In this document: positions 1 to 12,184 of the stretch, piece after piece | Position numbering within the stretch: the first letter of the stretch is position 1 | Layout of the letters: each line of letters opens with the position of its first letter | Assembly (NCBI GenBank): GCA_002633005.1 | Contig: NMRA01000105.1 | Span: 598,010-662,009, forward strand | DNA from: Phoronis australis | Lineage: Eukaryota > Animalia > Phoronida | Reading direction: 5' to 3' | Length of the DNA stretch: 64,000 nucleotides | Program-made: the position numbers and the translations under genes | Notes under the pieces: model-generated | What the model saw: only the letters and a program-made list of their open reading frames with translations | Databases searched by the model: none | What the model was told of the DNA's origin: nothing

Positions 1-2210
1 CGGAAAAACCTCTTTCCGCCTCTTAGAAAACTTTTCTCCGCCAAAAAAATTTTTTTTCCGCGGAGAAAATCTTGCCGCTTCTCCGCGGAGAATTTTTTTG
101 GTATCGGAAAGGTTTTCTCTGTTATTTTTTTCAAAGTCACCTTTCTTCTCAAGTTTCCGGATTTAAAAGCTAGAAAGCTAATCCGGCTTTCTGGGTTTCA
201 GAGTATTTTCACTCGAAATTTTGCTTATTGGAGCGCTTTTCACTCTTCAAAAATCTTAGGCTACTTCCCGGTAATCTGCCGGGTCGGTATAACGGCTGCA
301 TTGCGGTCAAACACGCTTCCGCTTTCAGTTTGCAACCCAGCCACTTACGACCGTTGGATCATTTCTCTGAGTAAGTTTCATAAAACGCATCATCCATTCC
401 TCACAGTACCTTCTGACACTGTCAAACCTATTGAAGACGATGCTGTGTAGTCAAATATTGCTGAATACCAACCTTTCAGTTGGAACCGTAGTTAAAACAC
501 TCCTGAGGATTTTTGTAGTAAGAAAATGGAATATTTGTGAACGAACAACCCACTCACGTCCATGAACATTGTGAATGGTTGAGAGAATCCACAGTGATTA
601 CAAAAACTTACTTGTAAAACAACCATGAATATAAACAAGGCCTTTGGTGTACCAACCTCATAAAGCATGTACTTCTTGTCANNNNNNNNNNNNNNNNNNN
701 NNNNNNNNNNNNNNNNNNNNNNNNNNNNNNNNNNNNNNNNNNNNNNNNNNNNNNNNNNNNNNNNNNNNNNNNNNNNTCATTATTTATGCTACCCTGGCAC
801 AGTGGGGTATGACGTCATCAGCGGGTGAAACGACAAAACCTTTTTTAAAAATCTCTTTTAACTAAGTTGGAGTTTTGCGTTTTCTCATTGGGTTCATTTT
901 TGGACTCTTGCGAACGTTAGTTAGTTTGCGTTTGCGAGAAGACAACACGTGTTCTCTCGCGAACGTGACCCCGTTCGCGAGAACAACGCCGGTCCTCTCG
1001 CGAACGTGAGTTCATTGGCGGACATCTTGGATCGAGGAAAAACGCTCGGGAGGCGAACATAATTTGTCGCGTATCTTCTCAAATGTTGTAGATTTCACGA
1101 AAAAGTGTGAGTAGAGTGGCGCGCGTGATCCATAAGAGTGGGTAATTGTATATTGCGACACTTCATTTTATTTTTTAAGTATTCCTGACAGAATTTGAAA
1201 TGGGACCAACTTATCCGACTATTACCGTTTCTTACCGGGTCCATTGGCATTGCTACATCATTTCCAGCCATAACGTATTCTGTTTCCCTTGAAAAAGTGA
1301 GTGCTGTAGAGACTGTATGGCCACACTTCAAATCCACTATATCTTCAGTTAGATTCTTGAAGAAATGTAGGCGAGAAGCAGTTCGTGAACTGGAGTTTCT
1401 GTGTGAACGTCAAATATCAGGGCCGATAACCCACTTGAGTCAATATTTATATTTAGTCAACTGAAAATAAAACTTCCGGATAGACTCGAGCATTCACCAA
1501 CAGGTGACACTGAAAAACACCCTTTCTCCGCGGAGAAAACCTTGGCCGCTACGGAAAAACCTTTCCGCCTCGGAGAAAACTTTTTTCCGCCAAAAAAATG
1601 TTGCCGCTTCTCCGCGGAGAATTTTTGTGGCATCGGAAAGGTTTTCTCTGTGGAGAAATCCGTAATGTTATTTTTTCAAAGTCACCTTTCTTCTCAGTCA
1701 AGTTTCCGGATTTCGAAAAGCTAGAAAGCTAATCTTTCTGGGTTTCAGAGTACTTTCACTCGCAATTTTGCTCATTGGAGCGCTTTTCACTCTTCAAAAA
1801 TCTTAGGCTCCTTCTTGGTAATCTGCGTCGGTATAACGGCTGCATTGCGGTCAAACACACTTCCTCCTTCAGTTTGCAACCAGCCGACTCGACCGACACA
1901 GTTTAGATCATTTCTTAATTCACTAAACGCATTATCCATTCCTCAACGTGAGTACCTTCTGACCGTCAAACCTAAGACGATGCTGTGTAGTCAAATATTA
2001 CTAAATACCAACCTTTCAGTTGGAACCGAAGTTAAAACACTTCCGAGGATTTTTGTAGCCGGTAAGAAAAGGGAATATTTGTGGAAAACCCACTCACGCG
2101 TCATGCATGGTTGAGAGAATCCCAGTGATTACAAAAACTTACTTGTAAAACAACCATGAATATAAACAATGCCTTTGTACCAACCTTCATAAAACATGTA
2201 CTTCTTGTCA
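1..2210. repeat. diverged direct duplication (1-681 vs 1552-2210) flanking an N gap
   Basis: Collinear sequence with many small indels; copy 1 ends exactly at the gap 682-776. Confidence 0.9.
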
Positions 2211-2639
2211 ATTGAAATTTGAACAAAATTACAATTATTTTCCTAAGCGGCATTAGAGACCTTTAATTAAAATCGATCTGACTGAGTATGAATTCTTAGC
2301 GCGATTCCCGCTTTTAACCGTTTCAAGATTAACGCCAATAACTTGCATTAGCAAGTGACACAATGAGGATTGGCTTACATCATCAAAACATGGTTTAGCG
2401 TCCTCTCATCTTTCTCTTAAGTTGAAACGAAAATTGAAACCAATGGCGGTAAGCGGCCAATTCACGCTATGAGAGATTGAACTCAGGACAGAAGTGTGGT
2501 TTTCCGGCGGCCAAGTTGGGTTTCAAGCCCGACACCTTTTAACTGATCCACTAACGATTTGTTGGAACCATTCGGACAAAGGACTGTTTCGTCAGCATAT
2601 TACAAAAAATCCAAATACAAGGAGCCTATGTTTTCGGTA

Positions 2640-3110
2640 GGGGGGAGGCGGCATGGGCGGAGTAGGGGCCGGGGGGGGCTAGGGGCCCCCCTTGGCTGCC
2701 GGCCGTAAGCAAAAATGGAACAGCAACAGCGTGCTGCGCGAGGAAATATTGCCCCAGATTGCGACGTTCCGTTTTTTTTAGTCCATTGGTAGATTTCCCG
2801 AACAGAAGGTCCACATACCCGGCTCCCGCAACTTTGCGGGTCCTGCGCTTCACATACAATGACGCTTTGCGCTTTGTCCAATACCCCGAGACAACATGTT
2901 GGCCCCCCTATGATATCCTAGATCCGCCACCAAGGGGGGGGTGTTTAGGGTCGGCGCGAATCCGAGACGCGTAACGCCGAGCGGAGGGAAAGTCGGGAGG
3001 GGGTTTTCCTCCTTTTTTGATTTTAGTTGCTGATTTCGTTTATCTGGCGACATTTTTTATTCTTATTTTTTATATTGATCCTGAACCCCCGCCGGTAGAC
3101 CCGCCTCTGT
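2640..3110. mobile_element. GC-rich GGCGGATCTAG-family MITE cluster
   Basis: ccccttggctgcc and gatatcctagatccgccac shared with 32611-33510; second end gtagacccgcctctg at ~3095-3109. Confidence 0.55.
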
Positions 3111-3124
3111 TTTACATTATTATT

Positions 3125-3815
3125 TTGCTGAAACACGATGGCCATAATTTCAGCACAAATAATAAACAAGTAGGGAGACAGAGACTCTCTTTAACGGAAA
3201 TCGCGTTCGATTTCACTGTACCGTGAAGAGAAGCTACGTTGGATAACGCAGAGTTTTATACACTTGTTCAGCAGCCGAACACAATTTACATTTTTTTTGC
3301 AAAAACTGAAGTGTTGTATACAAATTTCCATGAGACAGAATCAAATGCTTTCTCGAAATCTACTGTTACTAAAAGACCGGGAATTGATTCATCAGTGAAC
3401 TGGGGCAGATCATTTTATGTTCTTGTGTTATCTCCAGTAAATATCCTTTTCTAAATTCGGTTATTTATCCGTTTACCAATAACTCATTTGATGTGTTGAG
3501 CGAGACAGCCCGAAAAAATCTTATAAAACGTATTTAAAATAAAGATATTAGGTCGCTAACTGCCAAGATGTTTCTTTCCTTCAGTTCAGGAATGATAGAA
3601 ATTACACCTTGGTGTTGGCTATCAGGAAAGCAACCCGATTCAAAACTTTTACTGAACGATCACACCATATAAAGTTCATTGTAAATTGTCCATTCCTTAC
3701 TGACTTCGTATATTTTTGAAGTAACCTAAGTTCAGACTTCAGAATAAGCACACCTATGTCTCTGTGGAAATGCCGCGAAAAGTTTTCCGTGTAGGGTCGT
3801 ATCTCTTCAGACATT
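3125..3815 (-). mobile_element. degenerate L1/Tx1-clade non-LTR retrotransposon reverse transcriptase fragment
   Basis: Minus-strand translations give LNTFYKIFSGCLAQHIK, GDNTR, IPGLLVTVDFEKAFDSVSWKFV and SLSPYLFIICAEIMAI (RT motifs), broken by stops and frameshifts. Confidence 0.85.
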
Positions 3816-3897
3816 CCGCTAGCTTAATCGTCTACCATGAGGTGTCGCACTAAGCATTGACCTTGCCACTTTATTGACCTCTAACCACTGAACTTTG

Positions 3898-3905
3898 TGA
3901 CGTCA
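3898..3905. promoter_or_regulatory. palindromic CRE (TGACGTCA) about 160 bp upstream of the C12orf56-like ATG
   Basis: Exact match to the CREB/CREM consensus at a proximal-promoter position; function not shown. Confidence 0.35.
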
Positions 3906-4064
3906 TTGATATTTGTGTTCAGAATTCCACAGAAGCGGTGGCAAAGTTGAGCGGATTAACTGATGTTCGGTGTTTTGGCCCGGTTTATAGTGTTTGCTGT
4001 GGCTCTTTGAGATGGTGCATAATCATGTGAACATTTGTTCCCCGTAAGAAGCCACTGGTTGTAA

Positions 4065-4187
4065 ATGGCGACTAGTTCTAACACCGAATCGTTAACAAAA
4101 CGGAGTAGTAAATATGACAGTTTTCTCAAAAAACATTTGGACGAATCAACTTTTGAACGGGTTAGGGCGTACGAGGCGTGCATTGTG
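4065..4187 (+). CDS. C12orf56: C12orf56/DUF4551-like protein, exon 1 (5' part; truncated by n at 4188)
   Basis: Manual translation MATSSNTESLTKRSSKYDSFLKKHLDESTFERVRAYEACIV resembles the recalled N-terminus of human C12orf56 (RRNSRLDVFLRRHLPPEVYDAVRAYEPCIV); not in the ORF track; similarity stops exactly at the ambiguous base. Confidence 0.85.
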
Positions 4188-4860
4188 NGAACGGTGAAGT
4201 TGCGATGCCATTGAACTTCAACGTAGCCGATGGTGGCGCTGACATGCGGCGACTTAGTGAACTAACGACTGCTGTTTGAAAAGTGCCAATGCGCAGCAGT
4301 TTGACAGAATTTATGAAAATGAAATAATTACCAATTAAAAGAGTGATAAGTTCCTCATCTAAAAATCGGGGGGGCATATTGCGCAACTGGAAAAACATCA
4401 ATCTCCCGACCGACCAAAATTAGGCCTTCCGGACGATCGAAAATTCGCAATGAAAACTTGGCCTTGACTTCGAGCAAACAACTTGAGGAGATGCGCACGC
4501 ATCTAAACTACATCCTGTCCAAATTTCATGTTTGTATTTGAGAGTATAGTGCTCTTTTAGATAGGAGGAACAAGAGGTACTTTTTCGAAAGTTGATCGCA
4601 TGGCGGAAAATCGTGCGCTAAAAAAAGCTTACAAAAAATGATTTATCAGCGCTAATTTGAGACAAAAAGATTACAAACTTACAAATAAAGACTAAGGTAA
4701 CGATTTATAACACAAAATTGTCTTATAGTTACCTTTGAAGTCTGAAATCGGGTAATTTACCAACGTGGGTTTTACACGGACGCAGATATGGAGCACCGTG
4801 ACCTACTTTTTGATTGTCCTCCCTACTACTGGCGGTGCCTGTAGGTGCTTCATATGCCGG

Positions 4861-5306
4861 AAGCTTTTTGGCGAATTATGCCTCGCACTGACTAAAATAT
4901 CACAAAGTCACGTTGTTATAAATGCCTTAAGTTGGGCATAGAGGGACACCTTTGGAGGTCGTCGATGTATTTAATTCTTTCCAACTCGAACAAATACTCC
5001 CGTTACCAAACATTTTTTCGAGCAGTCCCTCGTTCAGTTCCCAAAATCTGTAACTCACCATTTTTAACATTGTGCACGGCAGGTGCTATGATGTTATATC
5101 TCCTGGCCTGCGCAGTCTTAAAAACGGTGAGTTACCGATTTTGGGAACTGAACGAGGGATTGCTCGAAAAAAACGCTTGATAACGGGAGTATTTGTTCAT
5201 GGTCGAAGGAATTGAATATATCAATGGCCACCTAAGGTGTTCCTCTCTGCGCAAAAGGTGACTCTGATATTTTAGTCAGTGCGAGGTATAATTCGTCGAA
5301 AAGCTT
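4861..5306. repeat. ~450-bp imperfect palindrome (foldback/MITE)
   Basis: aagctttttggcgaattatgcctcgcactgactaaaatatca pairs with 5265-5306; inner arms gaacaaatactcccgtta...ctcgttcagttcccaaaatc pair around a centre near 5090. Confidence 0.85.
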
Positions 5307-6660
5307 AGCATCATTACCTGCTGGTTGACCCTGCCGCTATAGGTATAGGAGACCTTTGGAGGCTGTCAATGTTTTTAAATCCTTCCAACTCCAATTTTAT
5401 ACTGAGGTAATTAAGCCTTCCTTTCTAATACATTGCTGCATTCATCAGTGAAATCCCATAGACATGAGTAGGGATGCAATCACTAAAGAAATGACACAGT
5501 TCACAGTTTAATTAAAGAAAGAAAGACTATTTGGAAAGATGGTGATTGTGGGAGTAGGCCTATCTGTTTGAGCTTGAATGATTTAAATACTCCAACTGCC
5601 TTGACTTGGTATTCCATATGGCCAGGCCTACTATGTATTTCTGGTCGAATGACATATTGGTCAAGGCTAAATGAAACCATGGGAACGAGTAATGTTGTTG
5701 ATTTTTGATTGGTCTATGAATGCATTTGCTTTTCCACTTCCTTAGGGTTTTGGCTGAAAATGGCTCAAAGTGGAAAATGTTCCACTTCTCCACAACTTGT
5801 TGACTGAAACCCGCACCATTTTGCGTGACATGCTACGAAGTCATTCACACGCACAATTTTGTTATCGGCTGCTATGTCGCGCAACTTTTTGTCCGACAAT
5901 GTCACTCATCTGAAACAGACTTCATGCACTATCGAGTCGCCTCTGGTGGATTAAGTAGTGACACTCTCTATTGCATGATCCACCCACATATTCATGAAGT
6001 TTTTTTCTCTTTTGAGTGGGTTAAATGCTGCACCTTGAGATTTCCCCTAGCAACAAGTAAACAAGAAGGTTATGACTTGACAAGATATCAGTGGTTTAAA
6101 TCTAAGATACCAGATTAAATGTAAATAGTGATTTATGAAGTGGTAACTTGAGATAGATAATCAGCGAGTCATTTAGTCTCTTGACACTAAAACTTCATCA
6201 TTCATTTTGCTGTTAAATTTTGCTTTAGAGTTAATTAGTGTTCATCATGATATTTTTCTGAAGCTTAATACCAGTCAGTATAACAATGCATTTGGTGTCT
6301 TTTTACTACCAAAGATTTTGCTATATATTTTTGGGGTTAAAATTTAAAATGTTGAAATATCCTCTGACCTCATTTCACTATCAAATGAAAATTGAGACAT
6401 TTCATCCTGCCCAATGTCACTAATGATATCTCTTAAAGTTGCATTTCCTCGGTATTTATCTGCCACAATTAAAAATTATTTTCTTTACAAGCTGGTAAAA
6501 TCGGACTCGTAATATTCCTTTCCATGGCATCAAGAACATCGCCATCAGTGACTCGAAAAATGCTTCAGAATTAATTGGGGTTGTCCAACCCTAAAATTGC
6601 GAATTCTATGGCCTGTGTTCGCATTGCCTGTGACATCAGTTTCCAGCTTGTTCAGCAACG

Positions 6661-6790
6661 GGGGAGACTGTGGCCTAGTGGGACAAGTCTCCGCTTTCTT
6701 TACTCAAAGTCATGGGTTCGAGTCCGACTGGGGCACAATGCTAGACCCTTGAATCAGGTCTCTAGCGCCCCAGTTTGGTTTTAACTATAC
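6661..6790 (+). mobile_element. tRNA-derived SINE head
   Basis: Pol III A box TGGCCTAGTGG (6671-6681) and B box GGTTCGAGTCC (6715-6725); no convincing cloverleaf acceptor stem. Confidence 0.6.
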
Positions 6791-7809
6791 ATAAGTATAA
6801 AATGGTTCCATGTGATCAGTGCAATGGGCCCACCTGAGCGGCCTGCCCACATCTGATGCAACGTGTACCAGATCGCCTGCAATTATTTTTTATCATTCAG
6901 CAACAGTTCAAGATCAATCAGTTTGGCTGTTTTCAAACCCCAAAACCATTCGACTGGAGTGATAGCCCCCCTGTGATTAGCTGGGTGTGCCTATGATTGC
7001 TATCTTTCTTTGAGCTATCCAGATACTAAAAGTCTCTAGACTGGAAGCTTAACTACCTGCTTGGTGAATTTGTATGTCTACGAATTATACAAACAGAACA
7101 TTCTTCACTAATCATAACCTTTATTGAACACAATGAATAACAAATATTATTTTCTTATCCAACTTGTATTTTCGTTTTATGGGAATTATATGTACCCTAA
7201 AGTTTACACGTTTTGTTATATGGTTACTTCTGTTTGCAATAGTTTTGCATCTAACTGGCAACTTGCAAAAAAATTCCATCAATTTAGTGCACAAGTTAAA
7301 TTTTATTAAAGATTATAAATCTGAAAAGATATGCAGCACCTTATTTATTTAATACCGTTCTTCACCGTTTTCAAATTCAGTGTGATAAAATAGCATCAAA
7401 TTTTGACAAAAGTAATTAAAAAATTGCCAAAAATGCCCTTTTTCATTTTTTCATGGACGTCTTACCTTTGTTTGAATACCCACAATGTTTCAAACCTTTG
7501 TTTGATGGTAGCTGTGGTAGAAAACCTGAACATGGAAAGTCATTTGATTTAGTGCTACATATCTTCCTTGGAAAAATAACGAAATAAAACTTTACTTGTC
7601 GGCCATATTGTGTCTTAAACTGGTGAGATTTTACCGTACCTCAGTATCATGAAGAATGCCTAGGAATTTCGGCGACAATTTTTTGTTCATAATTGGGGAG
7701 ATTTTTGTAAGGGTAATTATCAGGCATATTGATAGGATATGAAACATGAAATGGTGTGGCAAAGCTGACATCTTGTTAGAAATTATTGCTGGTAAGATTA
7801 CAAGCCCGT

Positions 7810-7932
7810 GGTACTGTGAGTGGGGCAGAACTGGGAATGGGGAGGAACTGGGAGTGGGNCTGGGAGCGGGGTGAAGCTGGAAGTGGGGCGGAACTGGGAC
7901 TGGGGCAGAACTGTGAGTGGGGCGGAACTGGA
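7810..7932. repeat. G-rich short tandem repeat (tggggcagaactgggac-like)
   Basis: About 6-7 degenerate ~18-bp units with an internal n at 7859. Confidence 0.7.
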
Positions 7933-8143
7933 AAAGAGTCAACCTGTTATAAATAGTTTGGATTTCTGACTGCTGTGTTGTGAACAAGTGTTGTTAGAAT
8001 GTGTTCAAAGTTTTGTAGGATCTTATCGATAAGTCTGTTTATTTAGCCAAACATTTACAAAACTAAAGATTTTAACTCTGCAATATATTTTCTGAAAGTA
8101 GGAAACCTGTAGAATTTGATATTCCACCCAACTGCTATTAATA

Positions 8144-8334
8144 CACCATATTCACGCAGTCGCCATTTTAATAGTGAGCCTCTTTTTAGGTTTAAAAAAC
8201 AATGCATTTGAGACATAAATATAATGAGGCACGCGAAAAAATCACACTCTGCGTTGTGATTAAATGCAGAATGCACTGTTTGTAAAACCTAAAAAGAGGT
8301 TCACTTTTAAAATGGCAACTGCGCAAATAAGGTG
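8144..8334. mobile_element. MITE with ~50-bp TIRs and TA TSD, nested in an older repeat
   Basis: TA|CACCATATTCACGCAGTCGCCATTTTAATAGTGAGCCTCTTTTTAGGTTT vs AAACCTAAAAAGAGGTTCACTTTTAAAATGGCAACTGCGCAAATAAGGTG|TA. Confidence 0.8.
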
Positions 8335-8741
8335 TATTGGGTCACCTGACCATGAGTTTTTAGCAAAAAATAAAGAGACATTGATAGCAAAACAATGTTA
8401 TGAAATATTTGATGTTAACGTTCAAGATGAAATTTGAAGAAAACTGGTAAAGTTTTCTAAAGTATATGTTGTTTTTGTTTTACGCAACTTTTAATTTTTC
8501 TCATCAAAATTGTGTCATGTTTTTACTTACCCCTCATGCTCAAATGAAACATTTCAAAAATAATTTTCCGAATAGTGTCTTGGAGAAGACTGCTTATCTG
8601 AACGTTTCATGCGAATTTGATCAGCCATTTTTGAGATGTGATGTTTCGAAGTTAGCCAAGTTACGACATTTTCTAGAGTCCTACATGACCTTCATGCATT
8701 TGTTCTGAATAATTAAATCAGTTTTTGGCCACCGTGAGATT

Positions 8742-8969
8742 AAAAACCGGATGATCGCCGCACAAATAAAAAAGTTCATGTTCAATCAATGTTTCGTCTA
8801 TTCATTAGACATTGTCAGGATCATATTCACAAAGGACAACAAGTCAACATACAGCTCAGGTAACATCTATGCTGTCGTTTGTAAATATGATCCTGTTGAT
8901 GTCTAATGAATAGACGAAAGTTTGATTGAACATGAAATTTTTTATTTGTGCGGCGATCGTCTGGTTTTT
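8742..8969. repeat. ~230-bp foldback inverted repeat
   Basis: gatcgccgcacaaataaaaaagttcatgttcaatcaa...cgtctattcattagacat pairs with its reverse complement at ~8899-8958. Confidence 0.85.
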
Positions 8970-9552
8970 GTTCTGAATACCATCTGAGATACCTTCTATA
9001 GACCAATTGGTGCAAGCTTTGTATCACGGGGAAAACTTCACCAAATCGATATATAATGACCCCTGTAAACATCAACCTATTCAGGACATCTATCAACAGA
9101 CACAAGGTGTGCACAACCTCTCCTTTGTAAGATGGTGTTTGCCCAAAGCTTTGATCTGTCTGTACTATGTATATATTCTGAGAGAATAAAGCCTTTCAAT
9201 TATTCTCATTCACTGTGCACAGTAATCCTCCACTTATGTAGGGCAATCGCCTGATTTCGCATACCCAAAATCAGTTGTTCCTCACTTATTTGCACAAGGC
9301 GACGTGGTAGGATTTTCTTGCCTCGTGTTGGAAAATATCAACGCAAACCTCAGTCAAATGCTAAAAATACACACCTTTAACTGTGTTAATAAGGTCTGAA
9401 TATTGTATGTTCACTTAATGTTCATCTGTTTGAATGTGGGACATCTCATGCTGCTGTAAATATGAGGTGAAAGGGGTGACCTGGATGGGCGTGGTGTCAC
9501 TCAGAGTTATGCTCAATAAGTGTTTCACCAATGATAGGGTAAAGAACTATTA

Positions 9553-10070
9553 AGGCCCTTTCTTACTAACGTTGATGCGTCGATGTTTTGGGGAGTTGAC
9601 AGTGGTCAGTATAAACGATTAACTTCGGTGCTGGATCAAAGTTAACAATGCCAGTTTACTTTGCACTAAACAGGTGGATTTAACAGCAGAGCGTCGAAGC
9701 TGCGGTACAGTATGAATGGTCAACTTCAGTACAATTGAAGTTATCTCCAAGGTCCACTGTTATCGTCTGCTAAAGGCAGTGTCATCGCTAATAGTTGCTT
9801 ATATCGTTCTCGAATAATCGCCAATCGAATTAGTTTTTATGTGAATAAGAAGTTTTATGTTAATTAGCACATGCAAATGTTCCCAAATTGTCACATTAAA
9901 AAAATCTTAGCGTGTACACGATGCATCAGCGCCACCTTAAGGTGACACCAACGTCAAATGCTGTTTACTTTGATGTCCGTAAACTACTGAAGCCAGTATG
10001 AACAGTTCAATTAACTTCGCAGTTTATGTCGAAGCTGTGCTCACACTGGATTTAAATCAGTATGAAAGGT
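9553..10070. mobile_element. ~0.5-kb TIR element family (PIF/Harbinger-like ends); other copies at ~56320-56740 and ~60204-60560
   Basis: AGGCCCTTTCTTACT ... AGTATGAAAGG ends; shared interior (gatcaaagttaaca, atgaatggtcaacttc, gatgcatcagcgccacctt) in three copies. Confidence 0.7.
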
Positions 10071-12184
10071 ATTTTACATTGGAACAGGGTAGAATAATTT
10101 AAGTACTGTTCATTGGCTCATGTTGGCAACGTGTAGGATGCATTTTGTTGAATTCGCGCACAAGCGATGTTTGGTTACTCAGTCAATTTTGCACACCCAG
10201 CAACTACAAAGTCCGTATGTTCAGTTTATTTAACACACCCTGACTTTCAAGAAAATATATTTAATATGTTTTGTGCAAAGCATGTGGAATAGTTGTTCAT
10301 TACAGCCTAACTCTCATGTTACTAGGCAATGTTTTCCCAAACATGTAGATTCATGCTCTGGCTTTGTTGTTGTATGCCTAGTAACAATTGTAACATCAAA
10401 AAGCAAATGTTAAAGTTTCCTCGAAATCTGACAAAAATAAGAGTCAAAATTCACATTTTTCAAATGCAAACTAATTGCCAAAAATGTTTGAAATTTCGTG
10501 TTTTGCTGATAACGGCCATACTGTATGAAGTTTTCAAATAATGAAGTAAAATCGTGTTTACTCTTGGAAATTTTTAAAATAAAATTTTAAAGGCCGTGTG
10601 TTGTCAAATTCTAATGAAGAACATATTTATTAGTCAAATAGCATCAGTTCTGTTGTGTACACTGTCCCAGTTTGAAACCTGTGCCTCACTTCTTGAAGAA
10701 TAAAGCACCCACCTGCATCAGTTACAGTTAACATCTCAAACTTTTTTTGAAAAGCCTCGCAAATGCACGTGAGCATGGTTTTAAATGTCGTGGCTTGCCG
10801 CTGCTGGACTTATTTGAGCCATTAAAAACAAAAAAACTGGTTTGAAAAAGTGGTGTATTAAAAATACCGCACTACTGTTTCAGTTTAGAAAAACAAAGAC
10901 AAGAACCACCTTTGTTTTTTTGGCCTAAAAAATCCAAGTCCTTTACAGGGTAGCAGCTTCATAAACTACACTACTTTTTTAGGGAATCGATGCTCTCATT
11001 TTATATAAAAAGTAAGAGGGGAATAGGTATGTGTGTTTCACTCTACGGTGACTAGTCTTGTCTTAATACCGGTACACAGATAGTTCATTATAGATTTGTG
11101 TGTCTCACTCTGCGGTGACTAGTCCTGTCCTACTTAGTACAGAGATAGTTCATTGCACACTTAATATACTGGAAAAAAGCTTGGTAACAGTGCAAGTTGT
11201 GATTATTTCATGACTATTGATTTCAAGTTCTCTAACTCAAGTCATCTTGTTATGCAAAATGTTTTGTTGTTGCCTGGTTACAAACTACTAAATAAGGGCA
11301 CTCATTGCTATTTATAAACGTATATTTTGTACTTGTTTCAATAGTCTACCATAGAAATTCACTCTTCTAACATTTAATTGGTTCATAAAGTCGAAAGCAC
11401 TAAGTCGACATGTTAGCACAGGTTGCAAACTGACATATTGTAGAGTTTGTAAATGATAAAATTAACCAGACAAAACACTGTTTTAGCTGTCATGACAGCT
11501 AAGCTATCCTGTTAACATCAAAAGTGACTGGTTGTTACTACTATGACCGGTAAGATTCCTATTACAGAATGGCTTAGCCTTGGTAACTTTCCTGTTGATT
11601 CCCTCTTACTCTCAGTTATGAGAGATAGTTACAATGAATTTGGCTTCCATCCAGCCGCCATGTTTTTGATTTTTTGTTGCGTACTGTTCATACTCTCATG
11701 TTGAACCTGGCCCGTGTTTAAGGAGGTACCCTACAGCTCACAGCTGGATACTAGGTGAAGGGGTGAGTGTCCGGGACCAAGGGAAGAACCTTTATTTAGC
11801 ACACAACATGGCCCAAGTTTGTTTTATCTTTTTACTCCATAGAAATAGACTAGAATTTTTAGTCGATCAGTAGCACGATTTGTGATATGGACAACTGGTA
11901 GCGTGCAGACCAGACTGTAATAAAACAACATTTGACAAATGTTACCCTTGTTTCCAGGTAGGTAATCAGCTTTGGAAAATTGAAAAATATAAATTTTGTT
12001 AATTATTTTTGTGCGAAATAAGTGGATAATTATGGTAAGTAACGTTATGACCACAAAGTGGGTTGAATACGTGTTTCGTGGAAAAGTAATTATATTAAGT
12101 AAAGGTTCCCATTTATTGCTGAAGGACAGTAAACACCTTTCTGAGTTCCTGGTATTGTTGCATTATATATGTTTCGTATTATTG

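Noticed and set aside
3602-3814. 70-aa minus-strand ORF as the first exon of a divergent gene
   Set aside because: Contiguous with L1/Tx1 RT motifs downstream; better explained as a decayed LINE.
4058-4072. RFX X-box overlapping the start codon
   Set aside because: Only a half-site matches and the spacing is non-canonical.
6661-6735. tRNA gene
   Set aside because: A and B boxes are present but no proper acceptor stem or cloverleaf is evident; called a SINE head instead.
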